Origin: a virus
Lineage: Duplodnaviria; Heunggongvirae; Uroviricota; Caudoviricetes
IMG/VR virus record: IMGVR_UViG_2740892258_000002
Strand: one strand, 5' to 3'
Length of the DNA stretch: 7,901 bases
In this document: in pieces, positions 6,567 through 7,901 of the stretch
Numbering within the stretch: position 1 is the first letter of the stretch
Layout of the letters: each line of letters begins with the position of its first letter
Notes under the pieces: model-generated
Seen by the model: only the letters and a program-made list of their open reading frames with translations
The model's database searches: none
What the model was told of the DNA's origin: nothing
Made by a program: the position numbers and the translations under genes

Positions 6567-7901
6567 ACCGGTAGGCGATCTGGTCGTTGATTTAAGTCTG
6601 GATACGGCCAGATTTGACGAGCAGATGGCCAGAGTCAGGCGTCATTTTTCCGGTACGGAAAGTGATGCGAAAAAAACAGCGGCAGTCGTTGAACAGTCGC
6701 TGAGCCGACAGGCGCTGGCTGCACAGAAAGCGGGGATTTCCGTCGGGCAGTATAAAGCCGCCATGCGTATGCTGCCTGCACAGTTCACCGACGTGGCCAC
6801 GCAGCTTGCAGGCGGGCAAAGTCCGTGGCTGATCCTGCTGCAACAGGGTGGTCAGGTTAAGGACTCCTTCGGCGGGATGATCCCCATGTTCAGGGGGCTT
6901 GCCGGTGCGATCACCCTGCCGATGGTGGGGGCCACCTCGCTGGCGGTGGCGACCGGTGCGCTGGCGTATGCCTGGTATCAGGGCAACTCAACCCTGTCCG
7001 ATTTCAACAAAACGCTGGTCCTTTCCGGCAATCAGTCGGGACTGACGGCAGATCGTATTCTGGCCCTGTCCAGAGCCGGGCAGGCGGCAGGGCTGACGTT
7101 TAACCAGACCAGCGAGTCACTGACGGCGCTGGTGAATGCCGGTGTGCGTGGTGGTGAGCAGTTTGAGGCGATCAGCCAGAGTGTGGCGCGTTTCTCCTCT
7201 GCATCCGGCGTGGAGGTGGACAAGGTCGCTGAAGCCTTCGGGAAGCTGACCACAGACCCGACGTCGGGACTGACAGCGATGGCACGTCAGTTCCATAACG
7301 TGACGGCGGAGCAGATTGCGTATGTTGCTCAGTTGCAGCGTTCCGGAGATGAAGCCGGGGCATTGCAGGCGGCGAACGAGGCCGCAACGAAAGGGTTTGA
7401 TGACCAGACCCGCCGCCTGAAAGAGAACATGGGCACGCTGGAGACCTGGGCAGACAGGACAGCACGGGCATTCAAATCCATGTGGGATTCGGTGCTGGAT
7501 ATTGGTCGCCCGGACACTGCCCAGGGAATGCTGGAGAAAGCAGAAAAGGCTTTTGATGAGGCGGACAAAAAATGGCAGTGGTATCAGAGCCGGAGCCACC
7601 GGCGCGGTAAAACCTCAGCATTTCTTGCCAATCTCCGGGGAGCATGGGAGGACAGAGCGAATGCGCAACTTGGACTTTCAGCCGCCACGTTGCAGGCCGA
7701 TCTTGAAAAGGCCAGAGAGATGGCAGCAAAGGACTGGGCCGAGTCTGAGGCATCACGGCTGAAATATACCGAAGAGGCGCAGAAGGCTTACGAACGCCTG
7801 CAGACGCCGCTGGAGAAATATACCGCCCGTCAGGAAGAACTGAATAAGGCACTGAAAGACGGGAAAATCCTGCAGGCAGATTACAACACGCTGATGGCGG
7901 C
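6559..7901 (+). CDS. H: Tape measure protein H, copy 2, 3'-partial (continues past the window end), lambda-type
   Basis: ATG at 6559 overlaps the T stop by 8 nt. The frame stays open to the window end (447 codons) and is absent from the ORF track only because it has no stop. MAEPVGDLVVDLSLD.ARFDEQMARVRRHFSGTESDAKKTAAVVEQSLSRQALAAQKAGISVGQYKAAMRMLPAQFTDVATQLAGGQSPWLILLQQGGQVKDSFGGMIPMFRGLAGAITLPMVGATSLAVATGALAYAWYQGNSTLSDFNKTLVLSGNQ...RLKYTEEAQKAYERLQTPLEKYTARQEELNKALKDGKILQADYNTLMAA matches recalled lambda gpH. Confidence 0.9.
   Translation, partial: MAEPVGDLVVDLSLDTARFDEQMARVRRHFSGTESDAKKTAAVVEQSLSRQALAAQKAGISVGQYKAAMRMLPAQFTDVATQLAGGQSPWLILLQQGGQVKDSFGGMIPMFRGLAGAITLPMVGATSLAVATGALAYAWYQGNSTLSDFNKTLVLSGNQSGLTADRILALSRAGQAAGLTFNQTSESLTALVNAGVRGGEQFEAISQSVARFSSASGVEVDKVAEAFGKLTTDPTSGLTAMARQFHNVTAEQIAYVAQLQRSGDEAGALQAANEAATKGFDDQTRRLKENMGTLETWADRTARAFKSMWDSVLDIGRPDTAQGMLEKAEKAFDEADKKWQWYQSRSHRRGKTSAFLANLRGAWEDRANAQLGLSAATLQADLEKAREMAAKDWAESEASRLKYTEEAQKAYERLQTPLEKYTARQEELNKALKDGKILQADYNTLMA

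Larger units (their letters stand above)
4914..6914 (+). repeat. Second copy of a roughly 2.0 kb tandem homeologous repeat unit (U 3' end, V, G, T, H 5' end); first copy is 2881-4913
   Basis: Copy 1 (2881-4913) and copy 2 (4914-6914) are collinear gene for gene. The end of copy 1 abuts the start of copy 2 exactly. The copies are diverged, about 75-85% by eye, not identical. Confidence 0.8.

Noticed and set aside
7117-7852. Minus-strand ORFs (160 aa at 7117-7599 and 126 aa at 7472-7852) inside the H copy 2 region
   Set aside because: Antisense to the well-supported tape measure reading frame; composition is consistent with spurious reverse-frame ORFs.
1-7901. CRISPR array, tRNA/rRNA genes, insertion sequence or transposase, integrase or att site
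   Set aside because: No regularly spaced short direct repeats, no tRNA-like cloverleaf candidates noticed, and no ORF with transposase or integrase motifs. The only repeats are the in-frame scaffold motif triplication and the 2-kb tail-module duplication.
1-7901. Chi site (GCTGGTGG) on either strand
   Set aside because: Manual scan found near-matches only (for example GCGTGGTGG around 7148-7156), no exact octamer. The scan was by eye and is not exhaustive.

Overview
This window is the late morphogenesis region of a lambda-like (lambdoid) prophage, all on the + strand, and it is visibly rearranged. Gene order is: 3' part of the head protease/scaffold gene (C/Nu3-like, with a triplicated scaffold motif), a 35-codon remnant of the decoration gene D, a hairpin, then FI, FII, Z, U, V, G/GT and a tape-measure gene H truncated at codon 119. 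A second, divergent copy of the unit (3' end of U, V, G, GT, H) follows directly and runs off the window. Two things stand out: no major capsid gene (E) sits between the protease and FI, and the tail module is a head-to-tail homeologous duplication with an exact junction at 4913/4914. From memory of lambda protein sequences, copy 2 looks nearly identical to phage lambda itself while copy 1 and the head genes are only about 75-80% identical, so the locus is probably a chimera of two lambdoid phages. Both G/T modules keep an intact GGGAAAG -1 frameshift site. No rRNA, tRNA, CRISPR or transposase signatures were seen. All homology statements rest on my recollection of lambda proteins and need a database search to confirm; I could not run one.
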